Assembly (NCBI GenBank): GCA_021325275.1
Contig: JAJPHL010000032.1
Location: 165,082 to 229,081 of the forward strand
Reading direction: 5' to 3'
DNA length: 64,000 nt
Origin: Terriglobia bacterium
Lineage (GTDB): Bacteria; Acidobacteriota; Terriglobia; JAJPHL01
In this document: positions 39,301 through 48,634 of the stretch, one piece after another
Position numbering within the stretch: the first letter of the stretch is position 1
How the letters are laid out: every line of letters begins with the position of its first letter
Position numbers and translations under genes: made by a program
Notes under the pieces: generated by a model
Seen by the model: the letters and a program-made list of their open reading frames with translations, nothing else
Database searches by the model: none
Told to the model about the DNA's origin: nothing

Positions 39301-39389
39301 TTGACAACCAATTGGGCCTGCGCCGGAACAGCACCCAAACCCACGAAAATGAACACACCAAGAACTACACCCAAGAAATTTCTTGTCAT
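36360..39389 (-). CDS. Secreted protein with ~9 tandem Ig-like/BACON-like repeats and a Solibacter-type C-terminal domain
   Basis: Signal peptide and repeated ...GGPWLSVSPxSGxxP... modules. The C-terminal ~200 aa (…QFSSAGVVGGASFTSATVSPGGIVSLFGTGL…QINFQLPWEV…) resembles the Acidobacteria-specific TIGR03437 domain. AAGGAG RBS. Confidence 0.65.
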   Translation of the reverse strand: MTRNFLGVVLGVFIFVGLGAVPAQAQLVVNPSQLTFAVPPGQNPSPQLVFVQSSGVAVNVIISGSSQNNWLTYGNVSSNTTPLNFTVGANSSNLAQGIYTGTLTITPTTGGNSFTPVTVNLQLVVSNGPVLVANPSSLTFNQTQTGVIPPSQTVTVSNPGPSTANFTVTTADTWLSVSPTSGGATNGTPATLTVNVNPGQLTQGTYNSTITLTSSNAANSPLTIPVQLTVPSGPVLGVSPSSFLFNAVAGGINPQSQLITVGDLGIGALGFTVSSSTSSGGPWLSVSPSTGQAPPSQQISVNVNVAGLAPGTYTGQVVVASNITAANSPATISVTLALAAEPMIAISPATLSFTGTVGAANPSPQGFTLTNTGGSVLNYSLTPTTTSGGPWLSVMNAGSLQLSGSTSENLPVSVSLAGLAAGTYTGKVTVSSNFATNSPQSVNVNLTVNPGTAVGLSATPSQLTFDAVPGGSPPNIQTIAVATSTNGQTFTATATTNNGGSWLSVSPTSGTTPGNVSVIVNNGSLGVGTYTGTVSVASGTSNPVTVSVTLNVISGRVILVSPPSLTFNASPGTNPAPQTLAFSVFGAGSISYSYSTTVATSTGGNWLSVNPASGSGAANIVASVNTTGLTVGTYQGLITISSSGTTNTPVSVGVTLNLTGQPSLVLGSSTVQMTTAINSTLSQQIALTTTGSSSVNFSLSTSTASGGSWLTASAGSTSTTPANITVTANPSGLVPGSYRGTVVVTSSGAQNSPLTLNVELAVSAPQFSSAGVVGGASFTSATVSPGGIVSLFGTGLSSATAAAQTLPLPTTLNSTQVLVNGSTAAALFFVSATQINFQLPWEVLGQSQVQIVVTSGGIASLAETVTLAPLGPGIFSINSQGTGQGAIQIANASPPTFAAPAGSIPGAAAQPVTRGSYITIYCTGLGAVTPQPADGAAAVSSTVNTTVSVSLGGSVLPNAQFDFAGLAPGFVGLYQINKQIPTTAQTGPAVNLFITAGGVQSNTVTIAVQ

Positions 39390-39526
39390 AGGTACGTCTC
39401 CTTAGCGCGGCTCATTCGATTGTATCGCACATATTTACCGGGGGACGTCAGACTCGTGTGAAGAGGCCCATCGGAACGTTCGGCCTAGGTCATGTTGTCG
39501 ACTTCGTTAACGCTTCAGGCGACGGG

Positions 39527-39563
39527 ATCGTCTACCAGCAACCAGCACCAGCAACCAGCAACC
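39527..39563. repeat. Solo copy of the (CCAGCAA)n heptamer array in a divergent intergenic region
   Basis: accagcaaccagcaccagcaaccagcaaccgg is the same repeat family that flanks the four-helix-bundle cassette. Confidence 0.8.
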
Positions 39564-39571
39564 GGAGTAGT

Positions 39572-40576
39572 ATGATTCGAGTCATGCTTCGGCGCGCACT
39601 GTCGTTGTCGGTACTGTTCCTGTTTCTCGCGGCGTTGGCGGCGACGGCGCAAGTTCGATTGGTTCGCAACGGCGAGCAAGTGGATGTCACGATCAACGGC
39701 ACGCCGTTCACGTCGCTCCATTTCGGATCGGACTACGCGAAACCGTTTCTTTATCCCATACGCAGCGTGAATGGCACCGCGTTGACACGCGGGTTTCCGC
39801 TGGAGATTGTGCCCGGTGAAGACAAAAGCGATCCGCACCAACGAGGTTTGTGGATCGGCCACGGCGACGTGAATGGCGTCGACTTTTGGACCGAAGGCGA
39901 CGGCAAAGGCCGGATTGTGCTGCGAACTCTCGGACGCTTGGTCGGAGGTGCGGAGGCCGGATCGCTCACCGCCGAATTCGAGTGGCGCGATGCGACGGGC
40001 AGGCCGCTGGTGGAAGAAGTGCGGACGATGACATTTACGCAAGTGGTCAGCGAAAACCTCATCGACATCGAGTCGACACTGCGTCCAGCGGGCGCCGAGA
40101 AAATCGTTTTCGGCGATACGAAGAACGGCACATTCGCGGTGCGACTTTCCAACGCGCTGAGTGAGCGGACGGAAAAATGCCCGAACTGCCCCGGTCACAT
40201 GACCAACTCCGAGGGCGGGCGCGGCGAAAAAGAGATTTGGGGCAAGCACGCCAACTGGGTCGACCTCTCGGGCGAAGTGGAAGGACAGCGTTGGGGCGTG
40301 GCGATGTTCGACCATCCCGCCAATCACGCACATCCTGCTGCGTGGCACGCCCGGGCGTACGGATTAATCGCTGCAAATCCATTTGGCGCGCGCGAATTTT
40401 CGCCCGGCGCGGCCGGCGGCATGGCCATCCAGCCTGGATCGAGCCTGACGTTCCGCTATCGCGTGGTGGTCCACTCGGGCGATGCGATCGCAGCGCGCAT
40501 CTCCCAACAGTATTTGAAGTGGGTGGTACGACCGCTAGCCGGACTGGCGCCACAGCAGTCGTTCGCGGGGCACTAA
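39572..40576 (+). CDS. Secreted hypothetical protein, possibly PmoA-family (DUF6807-like)
   Basis: Signal peptide. The DPHQRGLWIGHGDVNGVDFW segment resembles the conserved HRGLW...VNG.DFW region of PmoA-family proteins. This is from memory and is weak. Start at 39572. Confidence 0.45.
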   Translation: MIRVMLRRALSLSVLFLFLAALAATAQVRLVRNGEQVDVTINGTPFTSLHFGSDYAKPFLYPIRSVNGTALTRGFPLEIVPGEDKSDPHQRGLWIGHGDVNGVDFWTEGDGKGRIVLRTLGRLVGGAEAGSLTAEFEWRDATGRPLVEEVRTMTFTQVVSENLIDIESTLRPAGAEKIVFGDTKNGTFAVRLSNALSERTEKCPNCPGHMTNSEGGRGEKEIWGKHANWVDLSGEVEGQRWGVAMFDHPANHAHPAAWHARAYGLIAANPFGAREFSPGAAGGMAIQPGSSLTFRYRVVVHSGDAIAARISQQYLKWVVRPLAGLAPQQSFAGH

Positions 40577-40727
40577 TCTGAAGCGCCGCTGATGCGGGAC
40601 CAATTCGATAGGCGGGGGCACTAGGACCGGCCTACCATTACCAATTAGTGCCGCAAACCCAGGCAATCTGTTCACCCCTGCGGCTTTGCGATATAGTACA
40701 TTTGGGAAAAGAGGCGTAACTACCCTC

Positions 40728-42668
40728 ATGTCAACGACCATGGTTGCGACCGCCGCCGGCGAGCAGATCTTTGTGCTGGCAAGCGCCGCCACCGCCGCCG
40801 AAATCGACAAGGCGTTTCCCGGTATTACGCGCTTGGTCTCTGCGGCCGAGTTCTCGAGCGGACCGCCCGCGGTCCTGATCGGCGATCATCCGCAAATTTT
40901 TCATTCCTCGATCCGCGCCGCCGTGGAGCAAGACCGCGCGCGTGTGATTTACGTTTTGTCCGGAAGCGAATTACCTGCGGAAGCGAGCGGTTTCCCCATT
41001 TTCGGTTTTCTCTCGAAGCCATTGCATCCGCGCGTGGCCGATAGCCTGGCGCGCGCCGCGCAAGAAAACTTGGCGTTGTGTGCGGGACGCGCCCGGCTGG
41101 AACGACATCTCGCCAAGGCCTTCGTCGAGATCGACGAACTGAACAATATCGGCGCGGCGCTCTCCGCCGAACGCGACACCAACAAGCTGTTTGAACTAAT
41201 TCTTCAAAAGAGCCGCGAGATTACGCGCAGCGACGCGGGATCGCTGTACTTGGTCGACGAAGACGAAAAAGACGGGTCGAAGGTCCTGCGTTTTACGCTC
41301 ACGCAAAACGACAGCGTGCATCTGCCGTTTTCGTCGTTCACCATTCCCATCGACAAAAGCCGCATTTCGTCCTACGTCGCGCTGACCGGCGAGACGCTGC
41401 AAATCGACGACGCTTATCAGTTGCCGGCGGGCGTGCCCTACGGCTTCTCGAAGGATTTGGACACGCGCAACCGTTACCGCACCAAGTCGATGCTGACGGT
41501 CCCGATGAAGAATCACAAGGGCGAGATTGTCGGCGTCCTGCAACTGCTGAATCACAAAACGGATTGGACGGCGCGCGTGACGCCGGAAAACGCCGAAGAG
41601 ATTTTGCGTCCGTATCCGGAGCGCGCGCGACACCTTGTGCAATCGCTGGCCAGCCAAGCCGCGGTGGCGCTGGAAAACAACCGGCTCATCGAAAGCATCC
41701 AGAATCTGTTCGAAGGCTTCGTGCAAGCGTCGGTGATGGCGATTGAAGCGCGCGATCCCACCACGTCCGGTCATTCGTTCCGCGTGAAAAAACTGACCGT
41801 CGCGCTGGCCGAGGCGGTGGATCGCGTCGACGACGGGCCGTACGCCGGCACCAGATTTTCGTCCGAGCAATTGCGCGAGATCAACTATGCGAGCGTGCTG
41901 CACGATTTCGGCAAGGTGGGCGTGCGCGAGCATGTGCTGGTGAAGGCCAACAAGCTCTATCCGCAGCAGCTCGAAGTGGTGGAGCAGCGCTTCGACTACG
42001 TGAGGAAAGCCGTGGCGGAAGAGAGCAGTCGCCAGCGTTTGGCGTACGTCTTGGAGAAAGGCCGCGAGGAATACCTCGCTAAGCTGCCGGAATTCGACGC
42101 TGATTTAGCGGGGCGCATCAAAGAAGTCGACGATTTTCTAGTGTTCGCGCTGGAGTGCAACCGTCCCACGGTGCTGCCCGAAGGCAATTTCCAGCGCCTC
42201 ACCGACATGGCCGCCAGAAAATATCTCGACTGGAAGGGCAATGAAAAGCCGCTCATCACCGGCGATGAAATGCGTTTGCTCTCGATTCCCAAGGGCAGTC
42301 TCGACGACAACGAGCGCCGCGAGATCGAAAGCCACGTGGTCCACACCTTCAATTTCCTGGCGCAGATTCCCTGGACCAAAGAGTTGCGGCAGATCCCGAT
42401 GATCGCGCGCGCGCATCACGAAAAACTCGACGGCACCGGCTATCCGTTCAAGCTGTCGGCGCCGGAAATCCCGGTGCAGTCGCGGATGATGTCGATTTCC
42501 GATATCTACGACGCGCTTTCGGCGTCGGACCGCCCGTACAAAAAGGCGCTGCCGCCGGAAAAATCGTTGGACATCATCGCGTCGGAAGTAAAGCGGAATC
42601 TATTGGACGAAGATTTGTTCAAGATTTTCCTGTCGAAGGAAATCTGGAAGCTGAGCCTGCCGAAGTAG
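40728..42668 (+). CDS. HD-GYP phosphodiesterase with N-terminal receiver-like and GAF sensor domains
   Basis: GAF-like region (GSLYLVDEDEKDGSKVLRF...). HD (VLHDFGKV) and HHEKLDGTGYPF motifs. Confidence 0.7.
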   Translation: MSTTMVATAAGEQIFVLASAATAAEIDKAFPGITRLVSAAEFSSGPPAVLIGDHPQIFHSSIRAAVEQDRARVIYVLSGSELPAEASGFPIFGFLSKPLHPRVADSLARAAQENLALCAGRARLERHLAKAFVEIDELNNIGAALSAERDTNKLFELILQKSREITRSDAGSLYLVDEDEKDGSKVLRFTLTQNDSVHLPFSSFTIPIDKSRISSYVALTGETLQIDDAYQLPAGVPYGFSKDLDTRNRYRTKSMLTVPMKNHKGEIVGVLQLLNHKTDWTARVTPENAEEILRPYPERARHLVQSLASQAAVALENNRLIESIQNLFEGFVQASVMAIEARDPTTSGHSFRVKKLTVALAEAVDRVDDGPYAGTRFSSEQLREINYASVLHDFGKVGVREHVLVKANKLYPQQLEVVEQRFDYVRKAVAEESSRQRLAYVLEKGREEYLAKLPEFDADLAGRIKEVDDFLVFALECNRPTVLPEGNFQRLTDMAARKYLDWKGNEKPLITGDEMRLLSIPKGSLDDNERREIESHVVHTFNFLAQIPWTKELRQIPMIARAHHEKLDGTGYPFKLSAPEIPVQSRMMSISDIYDALSASDRPYKKALPPEKSLDIIASEVKRNLLDEDLFKIFLSKEIWKLSLPK

Positions 42669-42782
42669 TTCTTACTTTCCGCGGTAAATCAACCCGATCA
42701 CGAGCCGATGGTCCCTAACGTCAATCGCAAGTAGTTCATAGCTGTCCTTTCGAGATGCCGTATAGCGTAACACGTCGTCCTT

Positions 42783-42811
42783 GACATATCGGCGTCAAAT
42801 AGGATATGTCT
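42783..42811. promoter_or_regulatory. vapB promoter/operator: inverted repeat GACATATC-N13-GATATGTC overlapping the TTGACA (-35) and the start codon
   Basis: Read from the sequence. TTGACA at 42781..42786 and ATATGT at 42804..42809 are separated by 17 nt. Confidence 0.5.
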
Positions 42812-43075
42812 AGACATATGGCACGAGCTTTACGTACGACAGTCCGGTTAGACGAGCAGTTGCTTCGACGGGCCAAGCGAGAAGCTGCCGCGCGCGGCGA
42901 AACCTTGACCGCGTTGATTGACCGGGGGGTGCGGCTTGTCGTGGAAAACAAGCCCGCCCAAACGAAGCGCCAGCCGTTTCAGCTTCCAGTGTCGAAGGCC
43001 AAAGGAGGGGTACTTCCGGGAATCAATCTGGAGAAGACCTCCGAATTGCTCGACATCATGGAGGACTGGCGTTGA
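42806..43075 (+). CDS. vapB: VapB-type antitoxin (ribbon-helix-helix)
   Basis: Small protein whose 3' end overlaps the PIN toxin gene by 4 nt. An alternative leaderless start lies at 42818. Confidence 0.65.
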   Translation: MSRHMARALRTTVRLDEQLLRRAKREAAARGETLTALIDRGVRLVVENKPAQTKRQPFQLPVSKAKGGVLPGINLEKTSELLDIMEDWR

Positions 43076-43497
43076 TTCTACCGGATGTCAACATCCTGGT
43101 CGGTTCCTTCCGAGCCGATACGCAGGACCATCGAAAATATTTTGCGTGGCTGTCGACAACAATCGAGGGTGATTCTGCCTATGCCATTTCACTCCAAGTC
43201 CTTTGCGGTTTCACTCGAATTGTCACGAATCGACGAATTTTTCGCGAGCCAAGCGGCGTAGAAGAAACATTGGAGTTTGCCGCGCGACTCATGAACCAAC
43301 CCAACTGTCGCATCGTCGAGCCGGGACCCGAGCACTGGCGGATTTTCAACAATCTCTGCCGAACCAAGCGAGCAACCGGCAATTTGGTTCAAGACGCGTG
43401 GTGGGCCGCGCTGGCCATCGAATCGGGATGCGAGTGGGTCACATCCGATCGCGACTTCGCCAGATTTCCCGGCCTCAAGTGGTCAACGCCTTTTTGA
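43072..43497 (+). CDS. vapC: PIN-domain VapC toxin
   Basis: N-terminal LPDVNIL (the first acidic PIN residue). Conserved Asp residues near the C-terminus (VTSDRDFARF). Confidence 0.7.
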   Translation: MILPDVNILVGSFRADTQDHRKYFAWLSTTIEGDSAYAISLQVLCGFTRIVTNRRIFREPSGVEETLEFAARLMNQPNCRIVEPGPEHWRIFNNLCRTKRATGNLVQDAWWAALAIESGCEWVTSDRDFARFPGLKWSTPF

Positions 43498-43499
43498 GG

Positions 43500-43943
43500 C
43501 TACTGCGCGGGCGCCGCCGGGGCCGTCTTCGTCAAACTAAAGACGCCCGTGGAATACGCGCTCGTATAGAACCCAATAAATTCCTTGTCGGTGGCGCGAC
43601 CCACCCAGTCGAACACGCCGCCGTCGCGCGCACCTAAGTCGGCGCTGCCTTTGAAAAGCACGACCTTGCCGGATTGCCGTCCTTCCATCTTGATGGTGTA
43701 CTTGTACGGCCGGCCGCAGTTGCCCTCGAAGATCGCTTCCCACACGCCCGCATTGTTCGTGACCTTGGCGCGGAGATCTTTGCACTGTTCCTGCGGCGGC
43801 TTTTCGGCGTGCGCGGGATTATAGGCGCTCCAGGTGCCCGACCATTCTCCGGAAGCATCGCCGGCCACGGCAGGCGCCGGGGCGCCCTGACCCAAGCAAA
43901 GCATCGCGGCAAGAAACAGAACGAAGCAAGATAGCATGCGCAT
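43500..43943 (-). CDS. Small secreted hypothetical protein
   Basis: Signal peptide MRMLSCFVLFLAAMLCLG. Start at the internal ATG, not the ORF-track start. Confidence 0.45.
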   Translation of the reverse strand: MRMLSCFVLFLAAMLCLGQGAPAPAVAGDASGEWSGTWSAYNPAHAEKPPQEQCKDLRAKVTNNAGVWEAIFEGNCGRPYKYTIKMEGRQSGKVVLFKGSADLGARDGGVFDWVGRATDKEFIGFYTSAYSTGVFSLTKTAPAAPAQ

Positions 43944-44122
43944 GAACTGACCCCCTCTGGTGGAACACCCAGGATACAACAGCCTGTCGCCCCAAGACTC
44001 GTCAGCAGAACTACCTACCGATGCTTCGGAAAAAACTCCGATACCCGGGGACCGTTGGGCGAGGTATAATCCGGCCACCGGGGACGCACCGAGAGATCTC
44101 GTCTCCGGCCGGGGGGTGCAAC

Positions 44123-47100
44123 ATGCGGTTCGGGGCATCGTTGGTGTCTTTTCTTCTGGCCGCTTCACTGGGGAGTGTCGCGGCAGCGCAGGAATCGAGC
44201 GGCCTGCTCGATCAGGCGCGCGCGGCGCAATCCGCCGGCGATTACTCGAAGGCCAAGGCCGTGTTGTTCCAGGCCGTCAAACAATTTCCACAGGACATCG
44301 CAGCGGCCCGCGCCGAGGCGCGCCTGCTAGACGCCTCGGGAGATCCCGGGCGCCGCGACGCCTATCGTCACCTGATCGACTTGCAAAAGCAGAAGGGCCA
44401 GCCGGATGCCGCTGCGGAGCGGCGCCTCACACTGATCGAGCTCGAAGCGGGCGACGCCGCGCCGGCGAAATCCGCGGGTTTGCTGAAATCAGCAGGATAC
44501 GAAACGTTCGTTCCCGCCGTCGAGGGGTCGCCCACGCTGCACATTCCGGGCCCACTGAACGCCTTCCGCCGGCTCTCCGCGCTTTCCTCGCAAACGCCGC
44601 AGAGCGAGTTGGTCGCGGCGCTTTCGCGCAACTTGTTCTCGCTGGGATTTCACTATTCCCAGAAATTGAGCAAGAGTACGCCGACCGAATACCTCACGCT
44701 GGTGCAGCACTACACCGCGATGGCGCGCGCGCTCGAAAAAATGGCCGGTCCCTCGGGCGTTTTGAAAGTGGAGACGTGCGAATCGGCGGGACCGCTGCTG
44801 GAAATCCTCGGCTACCGCCTGCGCAAAGGCGCGTGCGGCGCGCAAGCTGTGCTTGAAACCGAAGATTCGCAATCGGCGTTTCTCACCATCGACTCGGGAT
44901 TTCCTCTCGCCGAGCTGGAAAATTCTTTCCGCACGTCGAAGCCGTTCACCTACGACGTCCACGGCACCGACGTACCGGTTTTGTTCGGCACCGGCGCGTG
45001 GTTTGAGGCGAATTCCGATGCCCTCGATCAACTGCTCGAGGGCCGCGAAGTCTCGCGCCTCTACTACGCGATGAGCAAGATGGATTCGCGCACCGCCGAC
45101 GCGTTGCGCCATTGGCCGGGCATTCCCAAACTGCTGGAAGTTGGTCCAGTGCTCGATTTCTACGGCGAGTCGTTAATAATTGAAAACGGCCGCGCGGTGA
45201 TGCCGGGCGGCGCGGAGCATGCCGATCAATGGGCCAAGCTCGTGGGAGCCGATCCGGCCAAGCCCGCCGAATTTTTGTTCGCGCTGATCGATAAAGATTC
45301 GGGCTGGCTCGCCGCCTACGCCGACTCCTTGCAACAACTCGACGCCGCACAGCAAAACTACTATTACTCGAATGGACGCCTGGAACGCTTCTACGCGTCG
45401 CTGCGCGGAAGTTCGAACGGATACAACAACGGTGCGGCGCGCCCCGTGTTTCGTCCCAACGCGGAGTTGTTGCTGCTGCCGCAGCGCATGCGTTTCGGAT
45501 CCGATGGACGGCCGCTGATTCCCGGAGGCACCAGCACATGGAAGACGCTCTTCACGCAGGCGCTGCCGAAGAAAGCGCCGAAGGGCAGCGCGCCGAAAGT
45601 GGACGACGCCGACGACGTGATCGCCGCGCAATACGCGAAAGTCCGCCAGTATGAAGAGAACGGACTCCTCAACGTTTTCGTGGCGCTCAACGAGATGGAT
45701 CGTCGCCGCGACCATCCGCTCGACGCCGCGACCGTGCAGTCGCTGGCGCATGAGTATCCGCGCTTCAGCCATCATTATTCGACCTTCTCGGACTGGCCGC
45801 AGATTTCCGACGCCGGCATCACCAAGTTTCTGAAAGCGTGCGACAACATCGTCGCGATGAAACAACCCGTGCAGAGGGCCGACGCGCTGGGCATTTTCCA
45901 AGGCGCCGTGGGATTGTGGGAAGTTTTGGCGCGTCAAGGCGAGATTCCCGAGAAGGATTTGGGATCGAGCTTCGATGCGATGATCGGGCCGTTCACCGGA
46001 CCGCTCGACAAGCCGCCCGCGGCGATCTTCGACGCGGGACGCGCCGCGGTCGACACGCTGCTGGCCGCCTCGGGTGCCTCAAACGTCCACGCCGTGACCA
46101 CCGCGCGATCGAGCGGCGCCGGCGGAATCCAAGACACGCTGCTGAAATTGCTCGCCGGTCCCACGCCTGCGGACAATGACGCCGACAGCAAGCGCGCCCA
46201 CGACTACATTTCCGCGCAACTGCGCGCCGCACTCGATTCGCAGAGACTCGTTCGTCTCGACACGCTGATCGGCCTATGCGACATGCTGAAGGATCCCGCG
46301 CATCCGGCGGCTCCCGACGCCGTGCTGCGGCTGGCCGGTCAATTGCGCGAGTTCAAAGTGCCGATGGTTTACGTTTCGGCGGCCGAACGCAACGCGGCGT
46401 TTCCGGGATTCTGGACCGAAAAGCATCTCGATCAGGAGCGCGACGTCGATATCGGCGCGCTCGTCGAAAAGAAGCATCGCGAACTGCTCACGCCGTTCCT
46501 GCGAGACACCCTGGTGGGATTGAACTACGCGTATTACGCGCCGCCCGGTGCGCAAATCCTGTTCCACAATCCGCTCTTCGTGCGCTCGCACGATTTCATG
46601 GGCCGCAATGGACAAGGCACCGGCAACGAAATTTGGGGACCGGGCAAAGTTTCCGGAACCGGCTGGCCGCTTTCCGGCGGCGGACGCTTGGTCGGCGCGC
46701 TCTCCGGTCTTCCCTATGGACTCGCCGAAGCCGAGCAGGATTTTCTGATTCCTTCCAACACGCAAGCGCTCATCTGGAGCGATCTTGCGCCGCAAATGGT
46801 GATCTCCGCGACGATTCCCCGCTGGTGGACGGCCACGCGCCGCCAAGAACGTTGGGTCGCGGATCATCAACGCCTCGGCGAAGATTTGATCGCGGAAGCC
46901 GCGACGTCGCCGGAAACGCGCGATCAAGTGATGACGATTCTGCGCGGCCACATCGAGCCGCATCGCCGCGAGCAAATGATGACGGCGATCGCCGCCGGAC
47001 GCGTGAGCGACGCGCTGGCCATGATGACGCCCGCCGATCTCTACGGATTGGCGCGCCGCTGGATGGGAACGCGCGCCGCCGTCGAGTCGCCGGCGTATGC

Positions 47101-47491
47101 GGAACTTTCGCAAATTAATTTAGCGGCGTCGCAGGAAGTTTCCGACGCCGCGATTTCGCGGTTGTTCGGCGTGCCGCGCCCGAAATTGTCGCGCTCCTGG
47201 CGGCCGGAGCTGTTGGGTTTGAGTTTGCTTCCCGCGATGCAAGGATATTCCAGCCGCCTGATGGCGGAATCGTGGGAGTCGAACAATTTGGAATGGGCGC
47301 GCCTGGCCGATGAGTTGAATCTGCCGCCGGCGTCGCTCAGTTGGCTGGCGCCGGAATTGACGCAGAGAATGTTGGAACACATTTTCGCCAATCATCACGA
47401 GGACTGGCGAGCGATTTTGCGCGCGTTGCGCGAGACCACCGCGGAGTATCGCCGCACCACATCGCCGAGCACGACAAAATCCGCCGAGTAG
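44123..47491 (+). CDS. Large secreted hypothetical protein (1122 aa)
   Basis: Signal peptide (MRFGASLVSFLLAASLGSVAAAQ) and a TPR-like N-terminal region. No catalytic motif recognised. Confidence 0.55.
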   Translation: MRFGASLVSFLLAASLGSVAAAQESSGLLDQARAAQSAGDYSKAKAVLFQAVKQFPQDIAAARAEARLLDASGDPGRRDAYRHLIDLQKQKGQPDAAAERRLTLIELEAGDAAPAKSAGLLKSAGYETFVPAVEGSPTLHIPGPLNAFRRLSALSSQTPQSELVAALSRNLFSLGFHYSQKLSKSTPTEYLTLVQHYTAMARALEKMAGPSGVLKVETCESAGPLLEILGYRLRKGACGAQAVLETEDSQSAFLTIDSGFPLAELENSFRTSKPFTYDVHGTDVPVLFGTGAWFEANSDALDQLLEGREVSRLYYAMSKMDSRTADALRHWPGIPKLLEVGPVLDFYGESLIIENGRAVMPGGAEHADQWAKLVGADPAKPAEFLFALIDKDSGWLAAYADSLQQLDAAQQNYYYSNGRLERFYASLRGSSNGYNNGAARPVFRPNAELLLLPQRMRFGSDGRPLIPGGTSTWKTLFTQALPKKAPKGSAPKVDDADDVIAAQYAKVRQYEENGLLNVFVALNEMDRRRDHPLDAATVQSLAHEYPRFSHHYSTFSDWPQISDAGITKFLKACDNIVAMKQPVQRADALGIFQGAVGLWEVLARQGEIPEKDLGSSFDAMIGPFTGPLDKPPAAIFDAGRAAVDTLLAASGASNVHAVTTARSSGAGGIQDTLLKLLAGPTPADNDADSKRAHDYISAQLRAALDSQRLVRLDTLIGLCDMLKDPAHPAAPDAVLRLAGQLREFKVPMVYVSAAERNAAFPGFWTEKHLDQERDVDIGALVEKKHRELLTPFLRDTLVGLNYAYYAPPGAQILFHNPLFVRSHDFMGRNGQGTGNEIWGPGKVSGTGWPLSGGGRLVGALSGLPYGLAEAEQDFLIPSNTQALIWSDLAPQMVISATIPRWWTATRRQERWVADHQRLGEDLIAEAATSPETRDQVMTILRGHIEPHRREQMMTAIAAGRVSDALAMMTPADLYGLARRWMGTRAAVESPAYAELSQINLAASQEVSDAAISRLFGVPRPKLSRSWRPELLGLSLLPAMQGYSSRLMAESWESNNLEWARLADELNLPPASLSWLAPELTQRMLEHIFANHHEDWRAILRALRETTAEYRRTTSPSTTKSAE

Positions 47492-47529
47492 AGCGGAAGC
47501 GTACAATGGGATTGGGAGAGGGGATCAAG

Positions 47530-48612
47530 ATGGGTGCAAGATCGAGGGGCGTAGCTAAATGGGGTTTGGTTTTTGGTATCGCCGGCGTGGTGTCGGCGGG
47601 GGCGGTGCTGCTGGCACAGCAGAGTCAGAATCCGCCGCTGCCGCCGCGGCCGGCAGTGGTGGAACAACCGGGCGGCGACGACGTGGTGTACAAAGTCCGC
47701 GTCGACCTGGTGCTGCTCTCGGTGGCGGTCACCGATCACGGTGGCCATTACATCAAGGATCTCAAGCCCACCGACTTCCGCATCTATGAAGACGGCGTAC
47801 CGCAGAAACTCGCGCTGTTTTCCGAAGGCGGCGGCCAATGGCAAAACCTGTTGGAAGCAGGCGAACTTCCCGCCGGCGCGCAAGCTCCCACCGAGGCCGC
47901 GGCACTCACGGCGCCGGGCGCGGGTTCCAGCGTGTTCATCCTGATGGACACGAGCAATTTCATGTACAAGAATTTCGCGCTGGCCCAGGATTCCATCGCC
48001 GACTTCATCCGCAGCCTCGATCCCAACGATCAAGTGGCCATCTATGGATTCAGCCGCAACCTGATGCGCGCGCGCACGCTGACGCACGATCACCTGGAAG
48101 CGCTCAGCGGATTGCGCAAGACCGTCGCGGGCGACGATACGGCGCTGTACAACAGCTTGCTGCTCACCCTGCAAGACGCGCAGCAAGTGAGCGGACGCAA
48201 GGTCGTCGTGGTGTTCTCGAATGGTCCCGACAACGGCAGTATGGTGTCGCCGGAAACGGTGCGCGAGATGGCGGAAAGCGCCGGCGTGCCCATCTACATG
48301 ATTTCCACCGCTGACGCCACGAAGGACGAAATCTCGGCGACGGTTTTCCGCCGCATCACCGATCGCACCGGCGGCAAATCGTATTTCGCGCGCAACTGGC
48401 GCGCGCAAAGCGACGCCTTCACATCGATCCGCGAGGACTTGGGCCATCTTTATTCGTTGAGTTACTATCCCACCGCAAACGCCAACATGGGATGGCGCCG
48501 CTTGACCGTGGAACTGACCGGCGAGAACGCCAAGAAATATCGCGTCCGCACGCGCACCGGATATTTGCCGCACACGACTCGTCCGGCGGTCGCGGGAACG
48601 GGCGGAAACTAG
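47530..48612 (+). CDS. VWFA-related Acidobacterial-domain protein (von Willebrand A-like)
   Basis: Membrane anchor, then VRVDLVLLSVAVTDHGGHYIKDLKPTDFRIYEDGVPQKL...VFILMDTSNFM...QVAIYGFS... This matches the pattern of the Acidobacteria VWFA-related family. A GGGAGAGGGG RBS precedes 47530; an alternative ATG lies at 47506. Confidence 0.65.
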   Translation: MGARSRGVAKWGLVFGIAGVVSAGAVLLAQQSQNPPLPPRPAVVEQPGGDDVVYKVRVDLVLLSVAVTDHGGHYIKDLKPTDFRIYEDGVPQKLALFSEGGGQWQNLLEAGELPAGAQAPTEAAALTAPGAGSSVFILMDTSNFMYKNFALAQDSIADFIRSLDPNDQVAIYGFSRNLMRARTLTHDHLEALSGLRKTVAGDDTALYNSLLLTLQDAQQVSGRKVVVVFSNGPDNGSMVSPETVREMAESAGVPIYMISTADATKDEISATVFRRITDRTGGKSYFARNWRAQSDAFTSIREDLGHLYSLSYYPTANANMGWRRLTVELTGENAKKYRVRTRTGYLPHTTRPAVAGTGGN

Positions 48613-48634
48613 GTCACGTATTTAGTGGAGCGCG

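Noticed and set aside
42806-42840. Possible sigma-54 promoter (TGGCAC at 42818).
   Set aside because: No TTGC(A/T) lies 5 nt downstream, and the GG-N10-GC spacing is not met. A sigma-70-like TTGACA-N17-ATATGT is present instead.
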